Shown piece by piece: positions 1 through 9,355 of a stretch of 26,344 nucleotides of DNA. Under the pieces are notes generated by a model. The model ran no database searches and was not told the DNA's origin. It worked only from the letters and a program-made list of their open reading frames with translations. Position 1 is the stretch's first letter. The number at the start of each line of letters is the position of its first letter. The translations under genes and the position numbers were made by a program. This stretch comes from an uncultured cyanobacterium (lineage in GTDB: Bacteria > Cyanobacteriota > Cyanobacteriia > Leptolyngbyales > Leptolyngbyaceae), in assembly GCA_963766075.1 (NCBI GenBank), contig CAVYAN010000002.1, positions 1 through 26,344 on the forward strand, written 5' to 3'.

Positions 1-2
1 GA

Positions 3-170
3 TCCCAACCGCCCAGTCCACCGCCGCCCAGTCCCCAACCGCCTAGCCCCCAACCACCCAGCCCCCAACCACCTAGTCCCCAACCGCCTACGCCGCAACC
101 GCCTACGCCGCCGCCTAGTCCACAACCGCCGCCGCCTACGCCGCAACCACCTAGACCACCTAGTCCCCAA
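3..170 (+). repeat. Coding low-complexity repeat, about 15-bp units encoding (S/T)PQPP
   Basis: Repeated agtccccaaccgcct / acgccgcaaccgcct-like units. Confidence 0.85.
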
Positions 171-722
171 CAGTCCACTAATCCTACCCGGCCAGTTCCC
201 AAGAACGAAGCGCCCGCCACTTCTGGGACTACTCTGCCCGCCCCTGGGACTCTGCCTACGGCCCCTAATGCTACCCCTGGCCCCGGTGCGGAGACGCTGC
301 CGGGGGTAGATCCGCAAAACGTCAATAATGGGGGTCAATCGCAAATTCAGGCCGTGGTCCTGGATTCTCGACCCAGCGGAGGATTGCCTGGAACTGCCAA
401 TTCAGATGTACCGGATACTCCGGCGCAGCCCAGAGAACGGATTAGATCGCTGCCCAACTATCCTCCGGGGATTGAGGCTGGGTTTGGACAGTCGGTAGTG
501 CTGCTGTTAGAGGTGGGTGAAGATGGCAAGCCCGGAACAGAACATCGGAATGCAGATGGCACGCCCAGTCCATTCATCAGCATTCAGCAGTCCAGTGGCT
601 CATCCAGCTACGACAATTTTGTGATGGCCATGGTTTCGGAATGGGAATTTGAACCCGCTACCCAACGAGGGTCACCCGTGCGATCGCAGGTTCAGATCAC
701 TGTAAAAATTGATCGTCGATAA
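3..722 (+). CDS. TonB-family energy transducer, 5'-truncated by the window (Pro-rich linker plus TonB C-terminal domain)
   Basis: Frame 3 is open from base 3 (SQPPSPPPPSPQPPSPQPP...) and in frame with ORF 354..722. The C-terminus SSGSSSYDNFVMAMVSEWEFEPATQRGSPVRSQVQITVKI fits the TonB_C pattern. Confidence 0.75.
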   Translation, partial: SQPPSPPPPSPQPPSPQPPSPQPPSPQPPTPQPPTPPPSPQPPPPTPQPPRPPSPQQSTNPTRPVPKNEAPATSGTTLPAPGTLPTAPNATPGPGAETLPGVDPQNVNNGGQSQIQAVVLDSRPSGGLPGTANSDVPDTPAQPRERIRSLPNYPPGIEAGFGQSVVLLLEVGEDGKPGTEHRNADGTPSPFISIQQSSGSSSYDNFVMAMVSEWEFEPATQRGSPVRSQVQITVKIDRR

Positions 723-778
723 AATTGACCGCGATGATAAGGATGCGATCGCCCAGTCGAGCGTGCCCTAGCGATCGG

Positions 779-1255
779 CTAGTTACAGGCGGCTACGGAG
801 GCCCGGTAGGAATTGCCGACAACAGGTACCCCTCCCACCAAGATATTGACCTGATAGGGTGTTTGGTCCGTACGCGGTGAACCCGAAATGGTGACCGCCT
901 TGCCATCGGTGAGGGTCAGGGTTTGCTCATACACTTTATCCGACGTATTGTTGGGATACTTCAGGTGCATCGCCACCCGATACTTTCCCCCATTGATGGC
1001 AACAATCTTGGCAATATAGCGCTGAGCCCGATTGTTTACCACAAAATCTGTATTCCAATTGTTGCGAAAGGCTTGGCCATAGGGCAAAGGCGATCCCGGT
1101 GGCGAGATTTTTTTCTCCACACTGGTGCCCTGTCCATTTACCACCGCAAGTGGACGACAGGTCTGGGCTTGGGCCGAGCCTGCTGCCCCCAGCAGAGAGA
1201 CAAATCCGTAACTTGCAAGAGCGGTGGCGATCGCCACCCCAGCTAATTTCTTCAT
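779..1255 (-). CDS. Secreted hypothetical protein (158 aa)
   Basis: Sec signal peptide MKKLAGVAIATALA...SAQA, GGAGG RBS upstream, beta-rich mature domain with a Cys near each end. Confidence 0.75.
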   Translation of the reverse strand: MKKLAGVAIATALASYGFVSLLGAAGSAQAQTCRPLAVVNGQGTSVEKKISPPGSPLPYGQAFRNNWNTDFVVNNRAQRYIAKIVAINGGKYRVAMHLKYPNNTSDKVYEQTLTLTDGKAVTISGSPRTDQTPYQVNILVGGVPVVGNSYRASVAACN

Positions 1256-1405
1256 GGGAAACCTCCATCGTTCAGTAGTAATGCCGCAGTCGCAACATGT
1301 CGCGGGCTGACAGCAGTAAATTATTTTTCCAGAAATATTTTAGACAATCATTCTCATTCTAAGTGGCATTATTCAGGCCCGGATTCTAGCGCAGGGAAGA
1401 GATGC

Positions 1406-1441
1406 AAAAAGACTTCTGCGCGGCGATCGCCGCGCAGAAGT
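1406..1441 (-). terminator. Rho-independent terminator of glnA (perfect 30-bp palindrome centred on HIP1)
   Basis: 1412-1441 ACTTCTGCGCGGCGATCGCCGCGCAGAAGT is self-complementary and is followed on the minus strand by CTTTTT. Confidence 0.8.
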
Positions 1442-1487
1442 ACCGTGGCTCTAGCGCCTAAGCCTTCCCCTTGGGCAGTCGTAGCCC

Positions 1488-2912
1488 CTAGCAGTCGTAG
1501 TACAGCTCAAATTCATAGGGATGAGGCAGCTTACTCAACGGCTTCACTTCCCCTTCCATTTTCAGGGACACCCAGTTGTAGATAAAGTCTTCAGGGAAGA
1601 CGTTCCCTGCCGTGAGGAAATCATGATCCCTCTCCAGATTTTCCAGAGCTTCGCCCAAGTTAGCAGGGGCTTTTGGCACCTTGGCCAATTCCTCCGCACT
1701 CAGCTCGTAGATATCCACATCCAGCGGTTCACCCGGATCAATTTGGTTTTTGATGCCATCTAGACCCGCGCACAGCATCGCCGAGAAGGTCAGATAGGGA
1801 TTGCTAGAGGGATCGGGGCAGCGGAACTCTAGGCGCTTGGCCTTGGGATTGGTGCCCGACAGCGGAATCCGAATCGAGGCCGACCGGTTGCCCGAGGAGT
1901 AGGCCAAGTTCACGGGAGCCTCAAATCCTGGCACCAAGCGCTTGTAGGAGTTGACCGTCGGATTGGTAAAGGCCAAGAGCGACTTGGCATGCTTAATCAG
2001 TCCGCCGATGAACCACAGTGCAGTTTGGCTCAGGCCCGCATATTTATCCCCTGCAAACAGCGGTTGGCCATCTTTCCAGATCGACATGTGGCTATGCATG
2101 CCGGTACCGTTATCGTCATAAATCGGTTTGGGCATGAAGGTGGCCGTTTTGCCATGCTTGCGGGCCACGTTCTTGACGACATACTTATAGGTCATTACGT
2201 AGTCGGCAGCATGCACCAGATCCGAGAACTTGATCCCCAATTCGCATTGACCACCCGTAGCCACTTCGTGGTGGTGCTTTTCGATGGGCACACCGCACTT
2301 GGCCATGGTTAGCAGCATTTCTGTCCGAATATCTTGCAGGGTATCGGAGGGTGCAACGGGGAAATAGCCCCGCTTTTTGCCGATTTTGTTGCCCAGGTTG
2401 CCGCCCACTTCATCCTTGCCCGAGTTCCATGGACCTTCGAGCGAGTCGATGTGGAAGTAGCTCTCGTGTCCGGTGTTGCTGTAACGCACACTGTCAAACA
2501 GGAAAAACTCGGGTTCTGGACCGCAGTAGACGGTATCGCCGATGCCCGTGGCGATCAGGTAATCGACGGCCTTCTGGGCGATCGCTCGGGGATCCCGCTC
2601 ATAGGGCTGACCCGTGCGGGGTTCGGCGATCGAACACACCATGCTCAGGGTGGGCACTTCCATGAAGGGATCCATCCAGGCGGTTGTGGGATCGGGCACC
2701 ATGGCCATATCGGAATTGTTGATTGCTTTCCAACCCCGGATGCTAGATCCGTCAAAAGCAACCCCGCCGGAATTCACAAAGGAATCTGCTTCGATCAGGC
2801 TTTTGTGGAAAGTACAGTGTTGCCAGATACCGTATAAATCCACAAACTTCAGATCAATTAGCTCAATTTGATTGTCCTCAATGTACTTCAAAACATCTTG
2901 GGCAGTCTGCAT
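1488..2912 (-). CDS. glnA: Glutamine synthetase type I
   Basis: Motifs [58 protein letters not shown] and C-terminal [20 protein letters not shown]. Confidence 0.98.
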   Translation of the reverse strand: MQTAQDVLKYIEDNQIELIDLKFVDLYGIWQHCTFHKSLIEADSFVNSGGVAFDGSSIRGWKAINNSDMAMVPDPTTAWMDPFMEVPTLSMVCSIAEPRTGQPYERDPRAIAQKAVDYLIATGIGDTVYCGPEPEFFLFDSVRYSNTGHESYFHIDSLEGPWNSGKDEVGGNLGNKIGKKRGYFPVAPSDTLQDIRTEMLLTMAKCGVPIEKHHHEVATGGQCELGIKFSDLVHAADYVMTYKYVVKNVARKHGKTATFMPKPIYDDNGTGMHSHMSIWKDGQPLFAGDKYAGLSQTALWFIGGLIKHAKSLLAFTNPTVNSYKRLVPGFEAPVNLAYSSGNRSASIRIPLSGTNPKAKRLEFRCPDPSSNPYLTFSAMLCAGLDGIKNQIDPGEPLDVDIYELSAEELAKVPKAPANLGEALENLERDHDFLTAGNVFPEDFIYNWVSLKMEGEVKPLSKLPHPYEFELYYDC

Positions 2913-3024
2913 AGGTTACTCCTTATAAGTGCTGGATGAGATCAGGGACTTGCAAGAAAATAGGTTCGCAGTCAAGCTAGGACAATTTTGATGTCCCAGC
3001 CGGCTCCTAGTCAAGCTGGAACAC

Positions 3025-3070
3025 CAATGCCCTAGAACAACATGTCCTAGAGCAACAATGCCCTAAATAA
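3025..3070. repeat. Three imperfect ~15-bp tandem repeats in the glnA 5' leader
   Basis: caatgccctagaacaa / catgtcctagagcaa / caatgccctaaataa. Confidence 0.6.
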
Positions 3071-3094
3071 CACCGCCTTTGGGTAAATGTGGCG

Positions 3095-3136
3095 AATGTA
3101 TAGATTTGGGCATTGCCCGGTAGCAATATGAAATAC
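3095..3136 (-). promoter_or_regulatory. NtcA-activated (class II) promoter of glnA
   Basis: Minus strand GTA-TTTCATAT-TGC (3136-3123, one mismatch to GTA-N8-TAC), then exactly 22 nt, then -10 box TACATT (3100-3095). Confidence 0.7.
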
Positions 3137-3139
3137 AAA

Positions 3140-3181
3140 GTAATGTGAGATACAAATCCCGCATTACTTTGTCCTTACTAT
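3140..3181 (+). promoter_or_regulatory. NtcA-activated (class II) promoter of ppk2(-glnN)
   Basis: GTA-ATGTGAGA-TAC (3140-3153, perfect consensus), then exactly 22 nt, then -10 box TACTAT (3176-3181). Confidence 0.8.
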
Positions 3182-3295
3182 AGGACATCGCTCATGCGCA
3201 CCTAGCTCCTTTCCTAGCCACTTTCTTCAGGTCGTTTTCCCTCAGGTTGTCCGTTTGCCCCCCAAAAACCTTAGACACCATGCGAAACAATCATT

Positions 3296-4303
3296 ATGGA
3301 AACCGTAACCGTTAACGGCAGTTCTCCCCCGACTGACCTGAATGTTGCGGATCAAACGGATTTGCCGCCTGATCCGCAGTCATCCAAGCGTCTGAAAAAG
3401 CTGAAGAAAGCCAAGAAGAAGTCTAAGCAGGCCCTCAAGGCTGCCCGCAAGTCAGATGCCCATAAGTCAGACATTGACAAATCAGAACGACCGGTATTCC
3501 ACTACATTTCTGAGGGCGAGGGCAGCTCTAAACTCCTGAATAAAGAGTATGAAAAAGAGCTGGCGCGTTTGCAAGTAGAACTCGTGAAAATGCAATATTG
3601 GGTGAAGCATACGGGCACCCGGATTGTTCTTTTATTTGAAGGCCGAGACGCCGCAGGCAAGGGCGGTACCATTAAGCGGATCACCGACCCGATGAATCCT
3701 CGGGGTTGCCGGGTAGTGGCCCTGGGAACGCCCAGCGATCGCGAAAAAACCCAATGGTACTTCCAACGCTACACGCCCCATTTACCCGCTGCCGGGGAAA
3801 TTGTGTGTTTTGACCGCAGTTGGTACAACCGGGCCGGAGTGGAACATGTGATGGGCTTCTGCACGCCAGCCCAGTACGACGAATTTATGCAGACCTGTCC
3901 GGAATTCGAGCGGATGTTGGTCAAGTCGGGAATTATTCTGCTGAAGTATTGGTTCTCGGTGAGTGATGATGAGCAAGAGCGGCGATTCCAGTCCCGGACC
4001 AAGGATCCCGCTCGTCGCTGGAAACTGAGTCCGATGGATTTAGAATCGCGCGATCGCTGGGTGGAATATTCCCAGGCCAAGGATGCCATGTTTGCCCACA
4101 CCAATATTCCGGAAGCGCCCTGGTTTACCGTCGAAGCCGATGACAAAAAGCGTGCCCGCTTGAACTGCATCCGTCATTTCCTTAGCAAAGTTCCCTACGA
4201 GGACATGACCCCTGCACCGCTAGAGCTGCCCCCGCGTAAAACCGCCCATGACTATGTGCGCCCGCCGCGCAATGAACAGTTCTTTGTGCCGCAAGTCTAT
4301 TAA
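3296..4303 (+). CDS. ppk2: Polyphosphate kinase 2 (single-domain, probably class I) with a Lys-rich N-terminal extension
   Basis: LQVELVKMQ, FEGRDAAGKGG (Walker A), WYFQRY, FDRSWYNRAGVE, WKLSPMD, APWF, DDKKRARLN. Confidence 0.95.
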   Translation: METVTVNGSSPPTDLNVADQTDLPPDPQSSKRLKKLKKAKKKSKQALKAARKSDAHKSDIDKSERPVFHYISEGEGSSKLLNKEYEKELARLQVELVKMQYWVKHTGTRIVLLFEGRDAAGKGGTIKRITDPMNPRGCRVVALGTPSDREKTQWYFQRYTPHLPAAGEIVCFDRSWYNRAGVEHVMGFCTPAQYDEFMQTCPEFERMLVKSGIILLKYWFSVSDDEQERRFQSRTKDPARRWKLSPMDLESRDRWVEYSQAKDAMFAHTNIPEAPWFTVEADDKKRARLNCIRHFLSKVPYEDMTPAPLELPPRKTAHDYVRPPRNEQFFVPQVY

Positions 4304-4340
4304 TGGCCTTCGCGATTTTTATCTTTATCGATAAATCTTG

Positions 4341-4379
4341 GGGATCGGTTGTTGCCGCTCTGAGGAAACAACCGATCCC
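4341..4379. other. 13-bp perfect-stem hairpin between ppk2 and glnN, with no U-tract
   Basis: GGGATCGGTTGTT (4341-4353) pairs with AACAACCGATCCC (4367-4379). Confidence 0.7.
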
Positions 4380-4540
4380 ACGCTTGAGCGATCCTACGCG
4401 ATCCCACGCTGGAGCATGGTTGTCAGGGCGATCGCCCTGGCTAAGGCATAGCTGCCTGATCGGTTCCGCTACCCACTATACAGTTCGCCAAATTCCCACC
4501 CAGTATTATCACTGAGCACATCTCCTAAGGAAGAACTCCC

Positions 4541-6712
4541 ATGAGCCACGAATTGCGCGTGCAAGCAATTTCCCAGGTCACTGATCGTCAACCTCTCCCC
4601 TCAAAAGTGCCCCAACGTCTCGAAGCCCTGTGGGCCACGGATGTGTTTACCTTAAGCAAAATGCAGGCAAGTTTGCCTAAAGATGTCTTTAAGTCTCTCA
4701 AGAAGACCATCCAAACCGGCGGTAAGCTCGACATATCCGTTGCGGGGATCGTAGCCGCTGCGATGAAAGATTGGGCCACGTCCAAGGGCGCACTCTACTA
4801 TGCCCACGTTTTTTATCCCCTCACCAATGCCACCGCTGAAAAACACGATGGCTTCATCTCGGTGCAAAGCGATGGTTCCGTGATCACAGAATTTACTGGC
4901 AAGGTCTTGGTGCAAGGGGAACCCGACGGCTCTTCCTTCCCCAATGGCGGCATTCGCTCCACGCCTGCGGCGCGGGGTTACACCGCTTGGGATGTCACCA
5001 GTCCAGCTTACGTCACTGAAACCGACAATGGTGTCACTCTCTGCATTCCCACCGTTTTCGTCTCCTGGACAGGCGAAGCCCTAGACAAGAAAACTCCTCT
5101 GCTGCGGTCTATTGCTGCCATGAGCAAAGCTGCCGTCCGGGTCCTGAAGCTGTTGGGTCATGATGACGTTGCCCCCGTGAACTCCAGTTGCGGTGCTGAG
5201 CAAGAGTACTTCTTGGTGGATGCTCACTTTGCTCACAACCGTCCCGACTTGTTGTTGGCCGGTCGCACTCTGTTTGGCAAGCCTCCAGCAAAAGGCCAGC
5301 AGTTTGATGACCACTACTTTGGCGTAATTCCCGAGCGGGTCCAAGTCTTTATGCAAGACGTGGAAGAAAAAATGTACCGCCTGGGAATTCCGGCCAAAAC
5401 TCGTCACAACGAAGTGGCTCCGGGCCAATTTGAAATTGCGCCATTTTTTGAAGCGGCTAACGTGGCCAGTGATCACCAACAGATGATCATGACCATCCTC
5501 AAGACCATGGCGAAGAAGCATGGGTTTGTTTGCCTGCTGCATGAAAAGCCGTTTGCTGGTATCAATGGCTCTGGGAAGCACGTCAACTGGTCCGTGGGCA
5601 ATGCTACCCAAGGCAACTTGTTGGATCCGGGCGATACCCCCCACGATAACCTGCAATTTTTGCTGTTCTGCGGTGCGGTGATTCGCGGGGTGCATACCTA
5701 TGGGCCGCTGCTGCGGGCTGTGGTTGCCACGGCGAGTAATGACCACCGCCTGGGTGCCAACGAAGCGCCTCCGGCCATTATTTCGGTTTATTTGGGCACC
5801 CAAATCGAAGAGGTGTTTGACCAAATTAGCAAGGGCCAACCCGAAAGTTCACAGCCCGGTGGGGTGATGGATTTGGGTGTGGATACCTTGCCGATCTTTG
5901 CCAAGGATCCGGGCGATCGCAACCGCACCTCCCCCTTTGCCTTCACGGGAAATCGGTTTGAGTTCCGCGCCGTCGGATCGAACCAGTCTGTGTCGGGTCC
6001 GCTCGTGGCCATGAACACGATCCTGGCGGACTCCCTCACCTTTATCGCCGATGAGATGGAAAGCAAAATGGCAGCCGGTGCCAGCCTGGATGCAGCGGCC
6101 CATGCCGTGCTGAAGGAAATCATGGAAAAGCACCGCAATGTGGTGTTTGGCGGCAATGGCTATTCCGAAGAATGGCACAAGATGGCCGTGGAAGAACGGG
6201 GCTTGCTCAATCTGCGCACCACCGCCGACGCCTTGCCAGTGCTGAAAGCCGATTACGTGGAAGAACTCTTCAACCGCTTGGGTGTGCTCACTCCCGTGGA
6301 GTTGGAAAGCCGCTTTGACGTTTACGCCGAACAGTACATCCAATCCATTGAAGTAGAGTCAAAGTTAGTGGTGAGTATGGCCAAAACGATCATTTACCCA
6401 GCGGCTGCGCGGTATCTGTCGGAACTGGCCACCACGATCGCCAAACTTAAGGACATTGGCATTGACATGGACAAGGAAGCCGCCGAAACCGTAGCCGGAT
6501 TGACGAAATCCATGATGGATACCGTCAGCAAGCTGATTGCGGCCATGGGAAGCCACGACTTCGACTCGACCGAAGCCCACATGCAGTACTGTGCCCAAAC
6601 CATCCGTCCGCTGATGGACAAGGTGAGGGAATACGCTGATGCTCTGGAAGCCGAAGTGGCCGATGATTTCTGGCCCATCCCGACCTATCAGGAAATGCTG
6701 TTTGTGAAATAG
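4541..6712 (+). CDS. glnN: Glutamine synthetase type III
   Basis: 723 aa; [85 protein letters not shown]. Confidence 0.97.
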   Translation: MSHELRVQAISQVTDRQPLPSKVPQRLEALWATDVFTLSKMQASLPKDVFKSLKKTIQTGGKLDISVAGIVAAAMKDWATSKGALYYAHVFYPLTNATAEKHDGFISVQSDGSVITEFTGKVLVQGEPDGSSFPNGGIRSTPAARGYTAWDVTSPAYVTETDNGVTLCIPTVFVSWTGEALDKKTPLLRSIAAMSKAAVRVLKLLGHDDVAPVNSSCGAEQEYFLVDAHFAHNRPDLLLAGRTLFGKPPAKGQQFDDHYFGVIPERVQVFMQDVEEKMYRLGIPAKTRHNEVAPGQFEIAPFFEAANVASDHQQMIMTILKTMAKKHGFVCLLHEKPFAGINGSGKHVNWSVGNATQGNLLDPGDTPHDNLQFLLFCGAVIRGVHTYGPLLRAVVATASNDHRLGANEAPPAIISVYLGTQIEEVFDQISKGQPESSQPGGVMDLGVDTLPIFAKDPGDRNRTSPFAFTGNRFEFRAVGSNQSVSGPLVAMNTILADSLTFIADEMESKMAAGASLDAAAHAVLKEIMEKHRNVVFGGNGYSEEWHKMAVEERGLLNLRTTADALPVLKADYVEELFNRLGVLTPVELESRFDVYAEQYIQSIEVESKLVVSMAKTIIYPAAARYLSELATTIAKLKDIGIDMDKEAAETVAGLTKSMMDTVSKLIAAMGSHDFDSTEAHMQYCAQTIRPLMDKVREYADALEAEVADDFWPIPTYQEMLFVK

Positions 6713-6783
6713 GTATTCAAGACTAGAGCTCTAGGTCGGTCTTAGAGATCCAGATCTTAGAGATCCAGGTTCAAATATTCGTG

Positions 6784-6818
6784 AAGGGGAGTGCGATCGC
6801 ATGATTGCACTCCCTTTT
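6784..6818 (+). terminator. Rho-independent terminator after glnN (stem contains HIP1)
   Basis: AAGGGGAGTGCGATC-GCAT-GATTGCACTCCCTTTT. Confidence 0.75.
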
Positions 6819-6978
6819 GTGCTTATCCCCATCATGCCTCCAAACATAAACTTTCGTAACAAGCTGGCCGCTTGTCCTCATCTAGACAGGGAGTGGCTCT
6901 CAGCACCGTGATAGACTGAGTCCCGATGGGTATTAGATAAGCCATTAATTTACAAGGATTGTTGGGAGAATAAGGTCC

Positions 6979-7488
6979 ATGCGGGATGCAGTCACAACCC
7001 TAATTCGGAACTATGACATCACGGGTCGCTACTTTGACCGGGATGCCATCGATAATTTGAAATCCTATTTCATCAGTGGCTCCGCCCGTGTGCAAGCGGC
7101 TGCCATCATCACATCCAACGCCGCCGAGATTGTTAAACAAGCCGGCCTTCAACTGTTTGATGAGCTGCCCGAGCTGATTCGTCCCGGGGGGAATGCCTAT
7201 ACCACCCGCCGCTATGCAGCCTGTTTGCGGGATATGGACTATTACCTGCGCTATGCCAGCTACGCCTTGGTAGCGGGTGATACCGATGTCCTGGACGAGC
7301 GGGTGCTGGAAGGACTGCGGGAAACCTACAATTCCCTCAGCGTGCCAATTGGTCCGACGGTACAAGGTATCCAAATGATGAAAGAAATTGTCAAGGGCAA
7401 ACTCGCAGAAGCCGGAATCCCAGACTCCAGCTTTTTAGACCAACCCTTTGACTATATGACCCGTGAACTGAGCGAAAAGAACATTTAG
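6979..7488 (+). CDS. apcF: Allophycocyanin beta-18 subunit (phycobilisome core)
   Basis: MRDAVTTLIRNYDITGRY start, PELIRPGGNAYTTRRYAACLRDMDYYLRYA bilin-binding motif, 169 aa. Confidence 0.95.
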   Translation: MRDAVTTLIRNYDITGRYFDRDAIDNLKSYFISGSARVQAAAIITSNAAEIVKQAGLQLFDELPELIRPGGNAYTTRRYAACLRDMDYYLRYASYALVAGDTDVLDERVLEGLRETYNSLSVPIGPTVQGIQMMKEIVKGKLAEAGIPDSSFLDQPFDYMTRELSEKNI

Positions 7489-7579
7489 GACGGGGGCGAA
7501 TGCCATGCAGCCTGTCTAAATTGGCGGTCTAGCACTGGCCTGCTTGCCGTTCAACCGTTGAAATCACAACGTTATTGAT

Positions 7580-7626
7580 GCCGCGAAGCCGCTGGGTGGA
7601 ATTCCCACTGCCCTTTCGCGGCTTTT
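7580..7626 (+). terminator. Probable terminator hairpin after apcF
   Basis: GCCGCGAAG...TTTCGCGGC outer stem followed by TTTT. Confidence 0.55.
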
Positions 7627-7764
7627 GGCTGTTTTGAGTCAGGCTTAAAATCGGTATTTTGCCGACCAGCGCATTACTGAGTCAGGGCATGAGATTGATC
7701 GGCTTTTGCAGCGCCACGCCACCCTTCACCCTACAATGGGAATGTTTTTTGCGTCGAGAAATCC

Positions 7765-8142
7765 ATGGCTACGCCTTGTCATATCTTGGTCGAGGGCAAC
7801 CCGGCTATTATCTACGCCAGCAGAGCGGGTTCTCCCGATAAAATTTTGCCGATTCTAAAACCGTTTTTGCAGAAATTTTGGCAGGAACGAGAAACCCTGG
7901 GCGAGTATGCAGACACACCCGAATGTCTTGTGGCCCAGATTGTGGTTCGATTTGGTTTTGAAATTTGTGAGGATGATTTTTCAAACCTGCGGGTTGGGGT
8001 GAAATTCAATCGGGCGGTGGACTATCTCTACCAGGTGCTGTCGCCCCAGGATGTCCGCGTATGGGTACCGGATGCTGCCTATCACGAAGATCCCCAGCGG
8101 GGATTGGCAGGCTGTCGGCGGCTGGGGGCAGTGCCTTTTTAG
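7765..8142 (+). CDS. Conserved-looking cyanobacterial hypothetical protein (125 aa)
   Basis: Clean ATG ORF with globular composition, convergent with the DUF2252 gene; TACAAT -10-like box at about 7732. Confidence 0.7.
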   Translation: MATPCHILVEGNPAIIYASRAGSPDKILPILKPFLQKFWQERETLGEYADTPECLVAQIVVRFGFEICEDDFSNLRVGVKFNRAVDYLYQVLSPQDVRVWVPDAAYHEDPQRGLAGCRRLGAVPF

Positions 8143-8149
8143 TGCCTTT

Positions 8150-9355
8150 TTAATTCTGCGTCGCGGCACTCTGCTGACAGAAGTCTTGGTAATCTTGCTG
8201 AACCTGCTGGGCGTAGGATTGGGCGTAAGCCAGGATTTGGGTTTGCCAGGGGGTAGTTTGGGCGAAGTTGATGAGGTCGTCGGCGATCGCGGCATTTTGA
8301 CGACCGCTACTGCGTAACTGACTCCAAGCGGTGACTTTACCCATCATGTCCAGGACTCCGGCCATGCGTTTGGCTTTGCTGCCGGTATCGTTCAGGTTAA
8401 CGCGATCCTGGGTAGGCTGGAGTTCGCGGAGGACGTAGGATTGGCCATGGAGGGCGATCGCTGCCAGACGGGCCGGGGGTGCCCATTGCACGCGAGCTTG
8501 AATGGTGACGATGCGATCGGCAGCAGTTTTCCATTGGGGTTGGGGCGTGCTGAGGTAGGAGTTGAGGGCGCTGGGGGTAGCGGCTTTCAGGTCCAGAAGG
8601 TAGTTTTTGTCGGGAGACCCTTTGCCTTCGACCAACATGATGTAGCGATCGCAGCCCAAACTGCCTGTGCCTGCAATCCGCCTGCCCACGTCGAGGACGG
8701 TGTAGAAGCTAGGGTTTTCCTGCTGAGCGCCCCAGGCTTCGATCAAGTCTTTGATTTGGGTGCGCTGGGCTTTAGGGATAGCGAGGATTTTCTCACCGTC
8801 GATGCGCAGTTTGCGCCGCTTGCCATCGAGTTCGGTGCGGGTGTCCAGGAAGTCTTCGCGATCGCGTTTCTGCAACGTGTCTAGCAAGTCGGCCACTTGG
8901 CCCTTGGCCAGACTTTTGTCAATCACGCCCAGTTGGCCTTGCCGTAGGGTGCTGGTATAGGTATTTAAAAAGGTTTGGCACAGGCTGCGGGCATCGTCTG
9001 GGGCCAGTTTCAGCGGAATGGCGGCCACCCAGATTGCCGTCAGCAGGCGCGCCACATCCCAGGTGCAGGGGGCGAGGGCCGCCTCATCAAAGTCATTAAT
9101 ATCAAAATAAACAACGCGATCGCTGCCCTTGTAGCTGCCAAAATTTTCTAAATGCAAATCGCCACAGACCCAAGCCAGCGGGGCCTGATTCAGCGGTGAG
9201 TCGGCGGGCCAATCTTCGTAAAAAAGGTGACAGGTGCCCCGCAGAAAGCGAAAGGGATCCTCGCGCAGCCGTTGATATTTGAGCTGCAAAATTTCCGGAT
9301 CGCGGCCTTGGTTGAAGTTTTGGATGCGATCGACGATGGAAGAAGTCATGGCCAT
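8150..9355 (-). CDS. DUF2252 family protein (kinase-like fold)
   Basis: PFRFLRGT, CGDLHLENFG, FDINDFDEA, WDVARL, GTGSLG, LDLK, YVLRELQP motifs. Confidence 0.88.
   Translation of the reverse strand: MAMTSSIVDRIQNFNQGRDPEILQLKYQRLREDPFRFLRGTCHLFYEDWPADSPLNQAPLAWVCGDLHLENFGSYKGSDRVVYFDINDFDEAALAPCTWDVARLLTAIWVAAIPLKLAPDDARSLCQTFLNTYTSTLRQGQLGVIDKSLAKGQVADLLDTLQKRDREDFLDTRTELDGKRRKLRIDGEKILAIPKAQRTQIKDLIEAWGAQQENPSFYTVLDVGRRIAGTGSLGCDRYIMLVEGKGSPDKNYLLDLKAATPSALNSYLSTPQPQWKTAADRIVTIQARVQWAPPARLAAIALHGQSYVLRELQPTQDRVNLNDTGSKAKRMAGVLDMMGKVTAWSQLRSSGRQNAAIADDLINFAQTTPWQTQILAYAQSYAQQVQQDYQDFCQQSAATQN

Noticed and set aside
1475..1500. att-site duplication of the glnA 3' end
   Set aside because: Only 10 bp with 6 bp between the copies and no integrase; fits the general short-duplication pattern instead.
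2913..3090. Glutamine riboswitch (glnA RNA motif) in the glnA leader
   Set aside because: I could not identify the three-way junction or E-loop consensus; the region is dominated by short tandem repeats.
1521..6678. Numerous antisense and alternate-frame ORFs over glnA, ppk2 and glnN (e.g. 2334..2837, 5081..5839), and likewise over GHL10, rluD and the FHA genes
   Set aside because: Shadow ORFs of well-supported genes with no recognisable motifs.
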